Below, in pieces: positions 49,801 through 60,559 of a stretch of 64,000 nt of DNA. Source of the stretch: an uncultured Candidatus Saccharibacteria bacterium. Its GTDB lineage: Bacteria > Patescibacteriota > Minisyncoccia > Phycocordibacterales > SBAW01. The position numbers were made by a program, and so were the translations under genes. The notes beneath the pieces are model-generated. The model worked only from the letters and a program-made list of their open reading frames with translations, made no database searches and was not told the DNA's origin. The DNA lies in assembly GCA_964615415.1 (NCBI GenBank), contig CAZTNI010000003.1, positions 79,235 to 143,234 of the forward strand. The letters are read 5' to 3'. Position 1 is the stretch's first letter. Each line of letters begins with the position of its first letter.

Positions 49801-52800
49801 TCCGCGAAATGCTTACGGTTAAGTCCGACGACATCATGGGCCGCTCGGCTGCATTCGACGCGATTGTTCGCGGCGAGCGCATCTCACACCACTACGCACC
49901 AGCCTCATTTAACGTGCTCCTCCACACGCTCCGCGGTTTGGCACTCGACGTCGAACTTATGAAAGATGGCGAGCCAGTACGCAACGCACGCAAGACTCCT
50001 GGTGCAGAAGCATCAGACTTCGACGCAGTACGTATTCGCCCAGCATCTCCTGAACGCATCCTCGAATGGTCACACGGCGAGGTTACAAAACCTGAGACTA
50101 TTAACTACCGCACCCAGCGTCCGGAGAAGAACTCACTCTTTGACGAGAAGATCTTCGGTCCTGAAAAAGACTACGAATGTTACTGCGGTAAATACCGTGG
50201 CATCCGCTACAAGGGTATTACCTGCGAGAAGTGTGGCGTCGAAATTACACGCGCGATTGTTCGTCGCGAGCGCATGGGCCATGTCGACTTGGCAGTGCCG
50301 GTAGCGCACGTGTGGTTCCTCCGCGCAATTCCGTCGCGCCTTGCTATGGTGCTTGGGATTTCAGGTGGCGACCTCGAGAAGGTAATTTACTTCGCAGGCT
50401 ACATCGTGACTGGTATTCATAAGAACGAGAAGGAGCGCATCGTCTCTGAACTCGAGACCGAGTACAAGACCAAGATGAAGAATCTCCAGGACGAGAAGTC
50501 GAAAGACAAGATCAAAGAGCTCTTCCTCGAAGCTAAGAAAGATATTGAAAGCCTCCGCGTTGGCGTGGTGCTCGACGAGCCTCGCTACCACCGCTACGCA
50601 ATCAAGTACGGTGCAATGTTTGAAGCAGGCATCGGTGCAGAAGCTATCTACAACCTCTGCAAGACGCTCGACCTTAAGGAGATGGAGACCGAAGTTTCGG
50701 AAGCCCTCCAAAACGCAGGTGCTGCAGACCGCGAGAAGTTCGGTAAGCGCCTCTCAGTACTCCGCGGTATGATCCGTGCAAACGTCCGCCCAGAGTGGAT
50801 GTTCCTGACACGCATCCCAGTTATCCCACCAGGTCTTCGCCCAATGGTTGCCTTGGACGGTGGTCGTCATGCAACATCAGACGTTAACGACCTCTACCGC
50901 CGCGTTATCAACCGCAACAACCGTTTGAAGAAACTCCTCGAGATCCACGCGCCAGACGTGATCCTCCGCAACGAGAAGCGCATTCTCCAGGAAGCAGTCG
51001 ACGCTCTTGTCGACAACTCGATCCGTCACGGTGGTGCTGCATACTCTGCAACAACACAGGCTCGTACACGCCCACTCAAGTCGCTTTCAGATAACTTGAA
51101 GGGTAAGCACGGTCTCTTCCGTCAGAACCTTCTTGGTAAGCGTGTGGACTACTCGGGCCGCTCAGTGATCGTTGTTGGTCCTGAACTCAAGTTGAACCAG
51201 TGCGGTCTTCCGAAGCACATGGCACTCGAGCTCTTCCGCCCATTCGTAATCGGCAAATTGCTTGAGAAGGAATTCGCATACAACATCCGCGGCGCAGGTC
51301 GTCTTATCGACGAAGGCGTACCGGAAGTGTGGGCAATTCTCGAAGACATCATTAAAGACAAGTACGTGCTCCTTAACCGCGCACCAACCTTGCACCGCCT
51401 CGGTATCCAGGCCTTCCAGCCGGTTCTCATTGAAGGTAACGCTATCCAGCTCCACCCACTCGTCTGTCCTGCATTCAACGCAGACTTCGACGGTGACCAG
51501 ATGGCCGTACACGTGCCGCTTTCTCCAGAAGCACAGGCAGAAGCACGCGAGATCATGGCAGCTACGAAGAACATCTTGAAGCCAGGCGATGGTAAACCAG
51601 TGGTTGCATCGAAACTCCTCGACATTCTCCTTGGTGTCTACTGGATGACCAAAGAGGTTCCAGGCATGAAGGGCGAGGGTATGTACTTCCAGTCACCAAA
51701 CGCAGCTATTCTTGCGTACGACTACGGTCATGTTGGCTTCCAGGCAAAGATCAAAGTGATGCCGTCTGAAAAAGAGAAGTACGCACAGTTCGGTGGTGCA
51801 CTCTTCGAGACGACTGTTGGTCGCTTGCTCCTCAACACAGTCTTCCCAAGTGACTATCCATTCATCAACAACTCAATCGACAAGAAGGGCCTCGCTCGTC
51901 TCGTTGACGACCTTATTAACCGCTACGGTCTTGATAAGGTTCCGGAAATTCTCGACCGCGTGAAGAACTTCGGCTTCCGCTACGTCACACAATCAGGTAT
52001 CACCTGGTCGCTGGACGACATCCGTATCCCAGCAGAGAAGAACGACATTATTGCGAAGGCACAAAAGAAATCAGACGAAATTATCTCGCATTGGGAGCAG
52101 GGTCTCCTTTCAGAAGAGGAGCGCTACCGCATGAACATCGAGGTATGGCATGCAGCAAAGGCAGAAGTTGAAAAACTTATCCCAACAGCACTTCCAAAAC
52201 ACGGCTCAGTAGAGGACATGCTCCGCTCAGGCGCCCGCGGTTCTCTTGCGCAGATGACCCAGATGGCCGGTATGAAGGGCCTCATCGCATCTCCATCAGG
52301 CGATACGATCGAGCTTCCGGTTACGAAGTCGATGAAGGAAGGTCTCTCTCCGATTGAGTACTTCACCACAACCCACGGTTCTCGCTCAGGTCTTGCATCA
52401 ACCGCACTTTCAACCGCAAAAGCCGGTTACCTTACACGCCGTCTCTTCGACGTTGCACAGGACATTGTGGTAGGTGAGACAGACTGCGGCACAACCGAAG
52501 GACGCACTATTAAGCGCGAGTCAGCATCAGGTATCGGTACCTTCCTTGCACAACACATCCAGGGTCGCTACTTGGCAGCAGATGTCGAAGTAAACGGCAA
52601 AGTAGAGTACAAGAAGGGTCAATTCTTGACCGACGCAGACGCAAAACGCATTGAAGAAGCAGGAGTAGCATCAGTCTACGTACGCTCTCCAATCGCATGT
52701 ACCTCACGCCAGGGTATCTGTGCTATGTGCTACGGCGCAGACCTCGGTACCATGAAGCCAGTTAACCTCGGCGAGGCAGTTGGTACTGTTGCAGCACAGG

Positions 52801-53663
52801 CTATCGGCGAGCCAGGTACGCAGCTCACCATGAACGTGAAGCACGCCGGCGGTGCCGCATCGGCAGCAGGCGACGTAACGCAGGGTCTCCCTCGCGTTGA
52901 AGAAATCTTTGAGCGTCGCACGCCTCGTAACCCAGCACTCGTTGCTTCAGTTTCAGGCGAAGTTGTTGACATTAAGAACGACGCAAAAGAGAAAATTATC
53001 ACTGTTGTGCCAGACATTGAGCACAAAGGTAAGAGTAAGAAGGATACGATCGAATATTCTGTCCATCCACGCCGCGTGCCGCTCGTGAAGATCGGTGACC
53101 GCGTTACGAAGGGCCAGATTATTACCGACGGTTCAGCAGACCTTGCAGAGCTCTTCGAGTATGCAGGTAAAGAGCGCACACAGGAGTACATCATTTCGGA
53201 AATCGTGAAGATTTACGAACTCCAGGGTGCAAACATCTCGACCAAGCACTTGGAAGTTATTGTGCGCCAGATGTTCTCACGTATGCGTGTGACCGACGCG
53301 GGCGCAACCGAGCTTTCAAAGGGCGATGTCTTGAGCGATGTAGAACTTACTATCGCAAACGAGAACCTCGAAGCAGGTACAGAGAAGGCAAAGGGCGAGA
53401 CGCTTGTTATGGGTATTCTCGACGTGTCACTCTCGCGCGCATCGTTCCTCTCGGCAGCATCGTTCCAGAACACAACTCGCATGCTCATCCGTGCATCGAT
53501 CTACGGTTCTGTGGACTACCTCGAGGGACTCAAGGAAAACGTTATCATCGGTCGCCTTATCCCAGCGGGTACCGGCTTCCCAGACTCTCCGAAGTCTAAG
53601 TTGGTTGCAAAGTATGCGCCGACAGAACCAGCTCCAGCTCCTGAACGAGAAGCAGCTCAATAG
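46821..53663 (+). CDS. rpoBC: Fused RNA polymerase beta-beta' subunit
   Basis: Beta motifs ([17 protein letters not shown]) continue in frame into beta' motifs ([22 protein letters not shown]). Confidence 0.95.
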   Translation: MRQQKFFSRFRAPRVETPNLVAAQLDSYKWLLEEGVKETFKEFSSIKDYSGKKFDLEFVKMELGEPKFDEHYAKAQKMTLDAPLRAIVRLRNKAAGTANEQEIFLADFPLMTDHGTFVINGVERVIVPQLARSYGVFFTAEETKGKRHFGAKIIPARGAWIEIEGGSDDELSVRIDRKRKFPATSLLRILGAQYDSDLKSLMSTTAHGKRWIEAALERDPAKTQEDAYIEIHKRLRDGDMATAANAREYIDSIFSEERYDLSRVGRFRFNQRFHKSLDEKELTRKTLSLDDVVTVLQHVLELENNPDAMEDNIDHLGSRRVRYVGEMLQQRLRVGLTHMKRNIQDRMSTIDADATMPVMFVNPRPLQARIKEFFTTNQLSQFMQQTNALEELEHLRTLSALGPGGLTRERAGFEVRDVHPSHYGRLCPIHTPEGPNIGLILRLSTFARLNEFGMIETPYSKVVNGKITNEIVYLNAAEEEKEIIAHAGVKVADDGKILQDTVEVRLAGAPARIPAADVKYIDVAPEQPFSIATSMIPFLEHDDANRSLMGSNMQKQATPCIVPEAPLVGTGVEGRAAKDTGRLHLAKEEGIVTAADGRKVVVKNAKGKDVEYPLVNYVRTNGFTALHQRPAVSVGQKVKKGDLLADTSSSDGGQLALGQNVLVAFMCWSGANYEDAIIISERLVKDSKFSSIHIEEFVCNVRDTKLGPEETTHDIPNVSEVKLRNLDEDGVIRVGSEVRPGDILVGKITPKGETQLTPEERLLRSIFGDKARDVKDSSLRVENGKRGRIIGVKVFSREAGHQLESGIIKRIHIEVAQLRTVSVGDKLAGRHGNKGVISRILPEEDMPYMEDGRPVDVILTPLGVPSRMNLGQILELHLGLAANTLNYQAICPPFAGATDTEIREELKKAGFAESGKMPLYDGRTGEKFEQDIAVGYMYVLKLHHMVEDKIHMRSIGPYSLITQQPLGGKAQGGGQRFGEMEVWALLGYGAAYTLREMLTVKSDDIMGRSAAFDAIVRGERISHHYAPASFNVLLHTLRGLALDVELMKDGEPVRNARKTPGAEASDFDAVRIRPASPERILEWSHGEVTKPETINYRTQRPEKNSLFDEKIFGPEKDYECYCGKYRGIRYKGITCEKCGVEITRAIVRRERMGHVDLAVPVAHVWFLRAIPSRLAMVLGISGGDLEKVIYFAGYIVTGIHKNEKERIVSELETEYKTKMKNLQDEKSKDKIKELFLEAKKDIESLRVGVVLDEPRYHRYAIKYGAMFEAGIGAEAIYNLCKTLDLKEMETEVSEALQNAGAADREKFGKRLSVLRGMIRANVRPEWMFLTRIPVIPPGLRPMVALDGGRHATSDVNDLYRRVINRNNRLKKLLEIHAPDVILRNEKRILQEAVDALVDNSIRHGGAAYSATTQARTRPLKSLSDNLKGKHGLFRQNLLGKRVDYSGRSVIVVGPELKLNQCGLPKHMALELFRPFVIGKLLEKEFAYNIRGAGRLIDEGVPEVWAILEDIIKDKYVLLNRAPTLHRLGIQAFQPVLIEGNAIQLHPLVCPAFNADFDGDQMAVHVPLSPEAQAEAREIMAATKNILKPGDGKPVVASKLLDILLGVYWMTKEVPGMKGEGMYFQSPNAAILAYDYGHVGFQAKIKVMPSEKEKYAQFGGALFETTVGRLLLNTVFPSDYPFINNSIDKKGLARLVDDLINRYGLDKVPEILDRVKNFGFRYVTQSGITWSLDDIRIPAEKNDIIAKAQKKSDEIISHWEQGLLSEEERYRMNIEVWHAAKAEVEKLIPTALPKHGSVEDMLRSGARGSLAQMTQMAGMKGLIASPSGDTIELPVTKSMKEGLSPIEYFTTTHGSRSGLASTALSTAKAGYLTRRLFDVAQDIVVGETDCGTTEGRTIKRESASGIGTFLAQHIQGRYLAADVEVNGKVEYKKGQFLTDADAKRIEEAGVASVYVRSPIACTSRQGICAMCYGADLGTMKPVNLGEAVGTVAAQAIGEPGTQLTMNVKHAGGAASAAGDVTQGLPRVEEIFERRTPRNPALVASVSGEVVDIKNDAKEKIITVVPDIEHKGKSKKDTIEYSVHPRRVPLVKIGDRVTKGQIITDGSADLAELFEYAGKERTQEYIISEIVKIYELQGANISTKHLEVIVRQMFSRMRVTDAGATELSKGDVLSDVELTIANENLEAGTEKAKGETLVMGILDVSLSRASFLSAASFQNTTRMLIRASIYGSVDYLEGLKENVIIGRLIPAGTGFPDSPKSKLVAKYAPTEPAPAPEREAAQ

Positions 53664-53746
53664 AGTTTTCTTCGAAAACTTTATTCACGTCGCTCGCTCG
53701 GAAAAGAAAACAAGCTTTCTTTTCTCTCGCTTCGCTAGTGAATAAA
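53664..53746. repeat. Nested hairpin element after rpoBC
   Basis: AGTTTTC/GAAAACT; TTTATTCAC/GTGAATAAA enclosing GAAAAGAAA/TTTCTTTTC. Confidence 0.65.
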
Positions 53747-53763
53747 AATATATAGGAAAAGTT

Positions 53764-53802
53764 AAAGGGCGCGGAATAAAATTCCGCGCCCTTTGGCGTT
53801 AG
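53764..53802. terminator. Terminator repeat, copy A
   Basis: 53768-53802 is 32/35 identical to 54984-55018; only the loop differs. Confidence 0.85.
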
Positions 53803-54062
53803 AGGTAGGAGCGCTTCGCGCCCCTTTCCTGTAGAAGTTCATCGACGAGATCAGTGCCATACTGCTCGTCGAGCAACTTCACTTCTCTTTCCCAGGCGCT
53901 CTGAAAACTGTCCTGGGCGCCCTTGAGAGTGCCGCTGCCGTTTTGCAGTAGGGTACCCAGGACGTATGCACCGCTTGCTCGCAGTGCTTCTGTCCAGACC
54001 CGGTCGAGAGTTTGGGAAAGCCGTATGCGCCTTCCCCCCTCGACTTCTCCCATAATACTCAT
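53799..54062 (-). CDS. Cassette ORF A, hypothetical (87 aa)
   Basis: AGGAGG SD, consensus promoter, terminator. Confidence 0.65.
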   Translation of the reverse strand: MSIMGEVEGGRRIRLSQTLDRVWTEALRASGAYVLGTLLQNGSGTLKGAQDSFQSAWEREVKLLDEQYGTDLVDELLQERGAKRSYL

Positions 54063-54092
54063 GGCCTGTTCCTCCTGTGGGTTGGCCGGGTG

Positions 54093-54140
54093 AACGTTCT
54101 AGTTAATTATACACCTAAACGCAGTAAATGTCAAGTATTA
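54093..54140 (-). promoter_or_regulatory. Consensus sigma70 promoter, repeat copy A
   Basis: TTGACA(54134-54129)-17-TATAAT(54111-54106) with extended TG; 41/48 identical to 55311-55358. Confidence 0.88.
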
Positions 54141-54171
54141 AAAAACGGCGCCACTGGGGCGCCGTTCGTCG

Positions 54172-54762
54172 TTATTGTGCGGCTGATTTTTTGCCGAAGG
54201 AACCTTCTTGAAACTGGTTCCAAAGAGGCAGCCACTCATCGACATGCACTTCCATAATCACTTCGTCGTGCCATGCTCCTCGGCGGAAGATGTGGCGCTT
54301 CAGTCTGCCGACCTCTTGGTAGCCACACTTGCGGCTGTATGCCTGGCTACGTTCGTTAAATGCGATAACGCGTGACTCAACCTTCACGAGCCCGAGTTCC
54401 AAGAATGCCCACGAAAGGAGGAGCATCTTTGCATCACTCCCCATGCCTTTCCCGCACTGTGCGGCGAGCAACATGCTGCCGGTTACTGCGTTGCGGTTTT
54501 TCCAATCAATATTGTGGAGCCCCATAACCCCGATCGGATTTTTCTCAGGCTTGGCTGCCACAATGAACATCGCATTGTTTTTGTCTTTACTGTTCACCGT
54601 CCGCAGAAATTCTTCCTCGGCACTTCTGGGGACAGGGAAGTATCGTGCAAGATACTGCCGGCTTTCTTCTTCGTTCAAGAGCTGCGTACACAAGTCGGTA
54701 TGTTCAACGCCAGGGACGAGAAGACAAGTTTTAGACTTTTCATGATCAAGAAAGGTAACCAT
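54172..54762 (-). CDS. GNAT acetyltransferase, RimJ/RimL family
   Basis: IGVMGLHNIDWKNR, GKGMGSDA, FNERS...KCGY; AAGGAG SD. Confidence 0.88.
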   Translation of the reverse strand: MVTFLDHEKSKTCLLVPGVEHTDLCTQLLNEEESRQYLARYFPVPRSAEEEFLRTVNSKDKNNAMFIVAAKPEKNPIGVMGLHNIDWKNRNAVTGSMLLAAQCGKGMGSDAKMLLLSWAFLELGLVKVESRVIAFNERSQAYSRKCGYQEVGRLKRHIFRRGAWHDEVIMEVHVDEWLPLWNQFQEGSFGKKSAAQ

Positions 54763-54793
54763 GGTCACTCCTTGTTGAGAAAGAACAGTGAGA

Positions 54794-54830
54794 GCTGAAC
54801 AAAAAACTCCGGCTTTGTTCAGCCGGAGTT
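54794..54830 (-). terminator. Attenuator-like terminator with competing hairpin
   Basis: AACTCCGGCT/AGCCGGAGTT plus T-run; alternative GCTGAACAAA/TTTGTTCAGC. Confidence 0.7.
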
Positions 54831-54860
54831 GCTCGATAGGAGAGGATCAAACAGCCGCGG

Positions 54861-54935
54861 CTACACAAAAACAGAAATCGCCTCGCAAAGCGAGTTGACG
54901 ATATCTGTCTTCATCTGTCCGCGATAGTTTCGCAT
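54861..54935 (-). CDS. Putative leader peptide MRNYRGQMKTDIVNSLCEAISVFV
   Basis: ATG at the predicted TSS of TTGACA-17-TATAAG (54970-54942); ends 30 nt before the terminator. Confidence 0.5.
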   Translation of the reverse strand: MRNYRGQMKTDIVNSLCEAISVFV

Positions 54936-54980
54936 AGTTTTCTTATATAATATTTTAAAGTATGTGTCAAGAATATATAA

Positions 54981-55018
54981 AAAGGCGCGGAATTTTATTC
55001 CGCGCCCTTTGGCGTTAG
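54981..55018. terminator. Terminator repeat, copy B
   Basis: GGCGCGGAAT-TTT-ATTCCGCGCC followed by CTTTGGCGTTAG, as in copy A. Confidence 0.85.
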
Positions 55019-55281
55019 CGCCGATCGACGATGATCCGGATTACCTCGGTGGTGATCTCGATCTCGACGACATGGCCAGTCTCGATCTCCGTGGCGCGGA
55101 GATTCTCCTCCTTGCGCCACAGGTTGATGGCGCTCGGACCTGTCTCAACGTCCTCCTTCAGGATGAAGGTGGCGCCGACCGGTAGGTTGGCGAAGTGGAC
55201 CGGTCCTCGCGGAAGCGGTGCGAGAACCGGCGGCGCAGAGTGCCGAGGCTTCATACGAAGACGGGAAGTCGCAGGCATCAT
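55015..55281 (-). CDS. Cassette ORF B, hypothetical (88 aa)
   Basis: AAGGAG SD; same flanks as ORF A. Confidence 0.65.
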   Translation of the reverse strand: MMPATSRLRMKPRHSAPPVLAPLPRGPVHFANLPVGATFILKEDVETGPSAINLWRKEENLRATEIETGHVVEIEITTEVIRIIVDRR

Positions 55282-55310
55282 GGCCGAATCTCCTTGGTTG
55301 GCCTATGGGG

Positions 55311-55358
55311 AACTTTCTGGTTAATTGTACACCTAAAAACAATAAATGTCAAGTACTA
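55311..55358 (-). promoter_or_regulatory. Sigma70 promoter, repeat copy B
   Basis: TTGACA(55352-55347)-17-TACAAT(55329-55324) with extended TG. Confidence 0.88.
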
Positions 55359-55393
55359 AGCATAGAGCTGAAAAAGCTATACTGCTAGGACCT

Positions 55394-57073
55394 ATGGCCG
55401 ACTCTCATGACGATGTACAGAAGATAAAAGACCGGCTCTCGATCGTGGATGTGGTGGGGCAATACGTCCAGCTGCGCCGCGCAGGGCGCAATTACTCCGG
55501 CCGCTGCCCGTTCCATAAAGAACGCACGCCGTCGTTTATGGTGTCGCCCGAGCGCGGCACGTACATGTGTTTCGGCTGCGGGGAGAAGGGAGATATTTTT
55601 TCATTTGTAGAAAAGATTGAAAGTCTAGACTTCCGCACTGCCTTAGAGCAGCTTGCGCAAAAAGCGGGGGTAGAGCTTCATCGCGAGTTCACGCAAAAGA
55701 GAGAAAATGCGGATGAGCAGAATCGGTTATTTGCAGTCTGTGAAGCAGCGACCACCTTTTTTGTTACTCAATTGCGCGCACGTCCCGCAGTGGTGGAGTA
55801 TCTCCATGCGCGCGGTGTACACGATGAGACAGTAGCAGAGTGGCGCTTAGGGTACGCACCTGCAGCGTGGCGTGAACTAACAGAACATCTGCTCGCACAA
55901 GGGTTTACGAAAGACGAGGTGGCCGAAGCAGGGCTTGCTGCACGCTCGGAGAAAAAGCCGGGAGAAGTGTATGATCGCTTTCGCGGGCGTATTATGTTTC
56001 CGATCAATGATGTTGCGGGAAGAGTCGTTGCTTTTTCAGGACGATTTTTTGAAAAAGTACCCGGCTCGAAGGAGGAGGGTGAACCTGCTAAGTATGTAAA
56101 CAGTCCGGAAACGCCGCTCTTTAAAAAATCGAAGATCCTCTACGGGCTCGACCGTGCAAAACAAGCGATCCGTAAACTCGACTGCATCCTCCTTGTTGAA
56201 GGGCAGTTCGATGTTGTACTTTCGCACCAGTCTGGTTTGCCGTTTGCGGTAGCGCTCTCGGGCACTGCACTTACCCCCGAACATCTTTCCTTAATGAGTC
56301 GATACTCGAAGCGCCTGATATTGGCGCTCGATGCCGACCAGGCGGGGATCCGTGCAGGACTAAAGAGTGCGCTCATGGCGCTCGGCAGTGGGCTCGATGT
56401 AAAAATCCCTACCTTCCACGATGCGAAAGATCCTGCCGACGTTGCGAAGGAAAATCCAGAGCTTCTCAAAGCAGCGATCCGCACATCGCAAACAGCTATC
56501 GAGTTTTTCCTCGATATACTGCGTGCTACTGCTAAAGATGAGCGCTCGTACAAAAAACTTGTGGAAGCTCAGGTGCTTCCCTTAGTTGCCGCTATCGACA
56601 GCACGATAGACCAAGAGCATTTCATCCGCATCATTGCGACACGCTTGGGCGTACCGGACACAGCAGTGCGCACCGAAGTGCGCAAAAAGCCTGCACTCAA
56701 CGTTACTGCTGAAGAAGAAAGCGCACCGGTCGCTGTGCCGACAAGTACGCTGACGGCACTGGAAGAAAAGGTGGGAATGCTCGTCTTCCATTTTGGAGAA
56801 GAGAGCGAGGTGGGGCAGCGACTTAAAACTATTCTCGGCGAGGTACTCTATCCAATATATATGGAACGGACGCGGCCGTTTGAGGAGCTGCTTCGCTTTA
56901 AATTTGATGGTGAAGCAGGGGATAGTGCAGATACAGGGGTCCTTGTTGATGATATGCTCAAAGGTATTGAACTTGCCCGAATCGAGGAAGAGATTTCCTC
57001 CGGCGCAATCGATACGACACGTATCATGCAGCTCGTTCGCCGCAAAGAGGAGCTGCGCAAGTATAGGGTCTAG
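55394..57073 (+). CDS. dnaG: DNA primase
   Basis: CPFHKERTPSF, CFGCG, KYVNSPET, VEGQFD, DADQAG. Confidence 0.96.
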   Translation: MADSHDDVQKIKDRLSIVDVVGQYVQLRRAGRNYSGRCPFHKERTPSFMVSPERGTYMCFGCGEKGDIFSFVEKIESLDFRTALEQLAQKAGVELHREFTQKRENADEQNRLFAVCEAATTFFVTQLRARPAVVEYLHARGVHDETVAEWRLGYAPAAWRELTEHLLAQGFTKDEVAEAGLAARSEKKPGEVYDRFRGRIMFPINDVAGRVVAFSGRFFEKVPGSKEEGEPAKYVNSPETPLFKKSKILYGLDRAKQAIRKLDCILLVEGQFDVVLSHQSGLPFAVALSGTALTPEHLSLMSRYSKRLILALDADQAGIRAGLKSALMALGSGLDVKIPTFHDAKDPADVAKENPELLKAAIRTSQTAIEFFLDILRATAKDERSYKKLVEAQVLPLVAAIDSTIDQEHFIRIIATRLGVPDTAVRTEVRKKPALNVTAEEESAPVAVPTSTLTALEEKVGMLVFHFGEESEVGQRLKTILGEVLYPIYMERTRPFEELLRFKFDGEAGDSADTGVLVDDMLKGIELARIEEEISSGAIDTTRIMQLVRRKEELRKYRV

Positions 57074-57107
57074 CAAAACGCTACAATTTCTGGTATAACT
57101 ACTTCCA

Positions 57108-58352
57108 ATGGCAAAAACTAAAAAGGTCACCAAAGCAGGGAAGCGGGCTAAGTCTGTGGTCGCTAAGGCGAAGGCGTTTCGTGCTGTCGCAGCTAAGCGC
57201 CGCACCAAACTTGCCCCTCCGAAGAAGGCGACTAAGAAGGAAAAGGGCGCTCCTGCAGAGAAGATCAATCCGAAGCTTCAAAAAAAGATTGATGAACAGA
57301 GCAAAAAGGCAGAAGCCTTGATGGCTCGTGGTCGTGAACGCGGGTTCGTTACCTACGACGAAATTTTGAAGGCGTTTCCAAATATTGAGGACGATGTCCT
57401 CTTCCTTGAAGAGCTCTACGAAAAGTTTTCTACTGCGCACATTGATGTGCTTGAAGGCGGCGGCATGCTCGAAGTAAACGACGAGGCGCTCGAAAAGGGG
57501 TACTCTCGTTCAGACTCGCAGTATGACTCTATTCAGATGTACTTGCGCGAGATCGGTAAGTATCCACTCCTTAATGCGCAGCAAGAGCGCGACTTAGCAA
57601 AGCGCATTGTCGATGGCGATGCAGAAGCACGCAACCTTCTTGCCCGAGCGAACCTCCGCCTCGTGGTGTCTATTGCAAAGCGCTATGTTGGTCGCTCGCC
57701 AGACCTCACTCTTCTTGACCTGATTCAGGAAGGAAACCTTGGCCTCTTTAAAGCGGTAGATAAATTCGACTTTACGAAGGGATTTAAATTCTCGACCTAT
57801 GCAACCTGGTGGATCCGCCAGGCTATTACCCGCGCCCTTGCAGACCAGTCTCGCACCATCCGTATTCCGGTGCACATGGTGGAAACAATTGCGAAGTATA
57901 AGCAGGTAGCGCGCCGCCTTTCGCAGGACCTCGGTCGCGACCCACTCGCAGAAGAGATCGCACTTGAAATGGGTGTGGATGTCGACAAGATTTATCAGAT
58001 TGAAAAGATTGACCAAGATACCGTGTCGCTGGAAAGCCCGGTTGGTTCCGACGAAGATGATGGTAAATCTGTGCTTGGCGATTTCGTAAAGGACGACAAG
58101 ATCCTTTCTCCAGACCAGGAAGTAGCACGTCGCATCCTTGCAGACCAGTTGCGCGAAATTTTGGACGAGCTCTCACCAAAGGAGCGCGAGATTTTGAAGC
58201 TCCGCCACGGTCTTGAAGACGGTATTTACCACACGCTTGAAGAGGTAGGAAAGAAGTTCGGTGTGACCCGCGAGCGCATTCGCCAAATTGAGGCAAAAGC
58301 CCTCGAGCGCATCCGCACCCACGAAAAAGCAAAGAGACTGCGCAGTTATTAA
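57108..58352 (+). CDS. rpoD: Primary sigma factor
   Basis: [33 protein letters not shown]. Confidence 0.96.
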   Translation: MAKTKKVTKAGKRAKSVVAKAKAFRAVAAKRRTKLAPPKKATKKEKGAPAEKINPKLQKKIDEQSKKAEALMARGRERGFVTYDEILKAFPNIEDDVLFLEELYEKFSTAHIDVLEGGGMLEVNDEALEKGYSRSDSQYDSIQMYLREIGKYPLLNAQQERDLAKRIVDGDAEARNLLARANLRLVVSIAKRYVGRSPDLTLLDLIQEGNLGLFKAVDKFDFTKGFKFSTYATWWIRQAITRALADQSRTIRIPVHMVETIAKYKQVARRLSQDLGRDPLAEEIALEMGVDVDKIYQIEKIDQDTVSLESPVGSDEDDGKSVLGDFVKDDKILSPDQEVARRILADQLREILDELSPKEREILKLRHGLEDGIYHTLEEVGKKFGVTRERIRQIEAKALERIRTHEKAKRLRSY

Positions 58353-58558
58353 AGCTCTACACAGGAGTAAAAAAGAGTGCTCTCCTCGCTCCAACTCGTT
58401 TTGCTATTGTGTCGGACACAGGGTGATACCAAAACGAGCAGGGCTGGCCGTTAGGCCAGGTCTTACACTCTTTTTTACTCCTGTAACTCCGCTACGCACA
58501 AAAAAGACGCCTGGCGTTGCCGCCAGGCGTCTCGATTCATTTCAACATAATCGCCAAG

Positions 58559-58786
58559 TCACGATTTCCTCCTTGAAGATTCTTCGCCGTTAGAGCCGTA
58601 GGTGCGTCTAGCTTCATCGATCTCTTCGATTAGAGCTTTGCAAGCTAGATAGCCTAGAATGAAAGCGGGGGAATAATCACGGTACTTCCGCGACGGGATG
58701 TAATGATCATATGCATGATGATACCCCTCATCCCACTCCGTACCTTCTTTTGGATCCTTAGGACGAACATCTTCGGTTTTGGTCAT
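58559..58786 (-). CDS. Small hypothetical protein (accessory)
   Basis: AGGAGG SD before ATG 58786; TTGACT-16-TATTAT promoter; hairpin at about 58504-58531. Confidence 0.6.
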   Translation of the reverse strand: MTKTEDVRPKDPKEGTEWDEGYHHAYDHYIPSRKYRDYSPAFILGYLACKALIEEIDEARRTYGSNGEESSRRKS

Positions 58787-58922
58787 TTCTTTCCTCCTAC
58801 TTTGCGAGCAGAAGGGAAGCCAAGACCAGTTTCCGGTTTTTCTGCTCAGAAGAACAACGAAATCATAATACATGATTTGCATAAAAAGTCAAGGGGAGCT
58901 GTCTTTTGCTATACTTCTTCTC

Positions 58923-59756
58923 ATGGCTACTGAACGGAAGAAAGACCTGCCTATCAAGTACTGGAGCCACTCTTCTTTAATGACCTTTTTGCGTAACCCG
59001 CTTGCTTGGTACAAGCGCTATGTGGAAGAAGTGTACGACACGCCGTCCTCGCCTGCGGCGATTGTGGGGCGCGCTGCGCACGTGGCACTCGAACATTTTT
59101 ACGGCGGCATTCCAAAAGAAGGAGCTATAGCTTTAGGGCAGGAGTATTTGCAAAACGTGCCAGACTTTGAGATTAACTTCGGCAAGGCGGAAAGTAAGCG
59201 TGCAAAAAAGAAAAAGAGGCAGCAAATGGAAAAGGAATACCTGCAGGCAATTGGATTTTTCCTAGAACGCCCGCCGCGTTTTAAGGTGCTCGGGGTCGAG
59301 GTAAAGGGAACAGTGAAGGTCGAGGGGCTGCCGCTCCCGCTTAAAGCGATTTCCGACCTTGTGGTGCAGTCGAAGCTCGATAAAGAGTCTATTGATATTG
59401 TTGATTTTAAATTTGTTGATTCCTTCAGTGCGTTTGGGCCGCAAAAGACACTATTTGTGATCCAAGCCTTGTTTAACTACTACACCGCGCGGGAATTATT
59501 TAAAAAGCCAGTACTGCGGTTTATTGTACTTGAGTGTAAAAAGACAAAGAACCGCGACAATAAAGCGCAGGTACGCCGCTACATAATCGACTTCCGGAAT
59601 ATTAAACAGGAGTTCCACCTATTCCGCCGGCTTATGCTCGATGCGACGGAAGAAATTTCTCGGACGAAAGTATTCCTCCCGAACCCGAGCGACCTGCTTG
59701 AAGGCGAAAATTCGTTTGATATTTACCGCCTCGGCTTGGCGGAAGAGGGGGAGTAG
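58923..59756 (+). CDS. PD-(D/E)XK nuclease family protein (AddB/RecB-like)
   Basis: SHSSL...GRAAH.ALE, ISDLV, IVDFK. Confidence 0.8.
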   Translation: MATERKKDLPIKYWSHSSLMTFLRNPLAWYKRYVEEVYDTPSSPAAIVGRAAHVALEHFYGGIPKEGAIALGQEYLQNVPDFEINFGKAESKRAKKKKRQQMEKEYLQAIGFFLERPPRFKVLGVEVKGTVKVEGLPLPLKAISDLVVQSKLDKESIDIVDFKFVDSFSAFGPQKTLFVIQALFNYYTARELFKKPVLRFIVLECKKTKNRDNKAQVRRYIIDFRNIKQEFHLFRRLMLDATEEISRTKVFLPNPSDLLEGENSFDIYRLGLAEEGE

Positions 59757-59810
59757 TAAAAAGAAGAAATAAGAAAAACCCCGCGGCTAGCCGCGGGGTT
59801 TTTATTAATC

Positions 59811-60518
59811 TTACTGCTGTGTTGTCGTTGCACTGCCGCCCGGGAGGCCAGCGAGGACTGCGTCAATTGCTGCACGCATAGACTCATATGGCTGTGCGCC
59901 CGAGAGTACGACTGACTCGTTGCCTACCATAATGAGTACGTACGGGGTGCCCTGTGCGCCAAGGCGAATAGCCTCGGTGTAGCTGTCTGCAACTTTCTTT
60001 TGATACGTGCCGTTACCCAAGCACTGGTTAAATGCTGCGACGTCGAGCCCGACTTCGCCTGCGATAGCTGGAAGGGATGCAAGGTCGAGGCCGTTATTGC
60101 CTGGTGTTACTTCATATACGCGGTCAACAAACTTAAAGAATGCAGTATCGCCACCCTGTGCTGCAGCACACTCCGCTGCTTCAGCCTCTTTCGGGGCCTT
60201 TGAGTGGATAGTGCCGAGCGGGAATGGGCGGTATACCCACGCAACACGGCCTGAAGTGCCGTAGTAATCCATAATCTGGTGCATGGTGTTGTGGAAGGTT
60301 TTGCAGTACGGACACTCGAGGTCTGCGTACTCGACTACTTTTACTTCTGCTTGTGGGTTGCCAAGAATGTGGTCAATAGCAGGGTCGTAGGCGCGAGCGT
60401 TGGTTGTGCTGCCGCCAGGAGTTGGGGTTGTGCCGCCTGCACCTACCAAAAAGACTGCTCCTGCAATAAGCGCACCCGCAACCACGATCGTCAAAGGAAG
60501 TACTAAATTGCTCTTCAT
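59811..60518 (-). CDS. DsbA-family thiol-disulfide oxidoreductase
   Basis: DLECPYC, GTP, GAQP; N-terminal TM. Confidence 0.9.
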   Translation of the reverse strand: MKSNLVLPLTIVVAGALIAGAVFLVGAGGTTPTPGGSTTNARAYDPAIDHILGNPQAEVKVVEYADLECPYCKTFHNTMHQIMDYYGTSGRVAWVYRPFPLGTIHSKAPKEAEAAECAAAQGGDTAFFKFVDRVYEVTPGNNGLDLASLPAIAGEVGLDVAAFNQCLGNGTYQKKVADSYTEAIRLGAQGTPYVLIMVGNESVVLSGAQPYESMRAAIDAVLAGLPGGSATTTQQ

Positions 60519-60559
60519 ATATGTCGTTTACCTATAAGTAATCCCCACTATATCACGGA

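Noticed and set aside
45421-55358. Classical integron attC array
   Set aside because: GTTGGAC fits GTTRRRY and three ORFs end in TAAC, but there is no paired R''/R' long hairpin and no intI in the window.
58923-59756. Cas4 or dedicated cassette recombinase
   Set aside because: No four-Cys cluster; core-type leaderless start; nothing links it to the cassettes.
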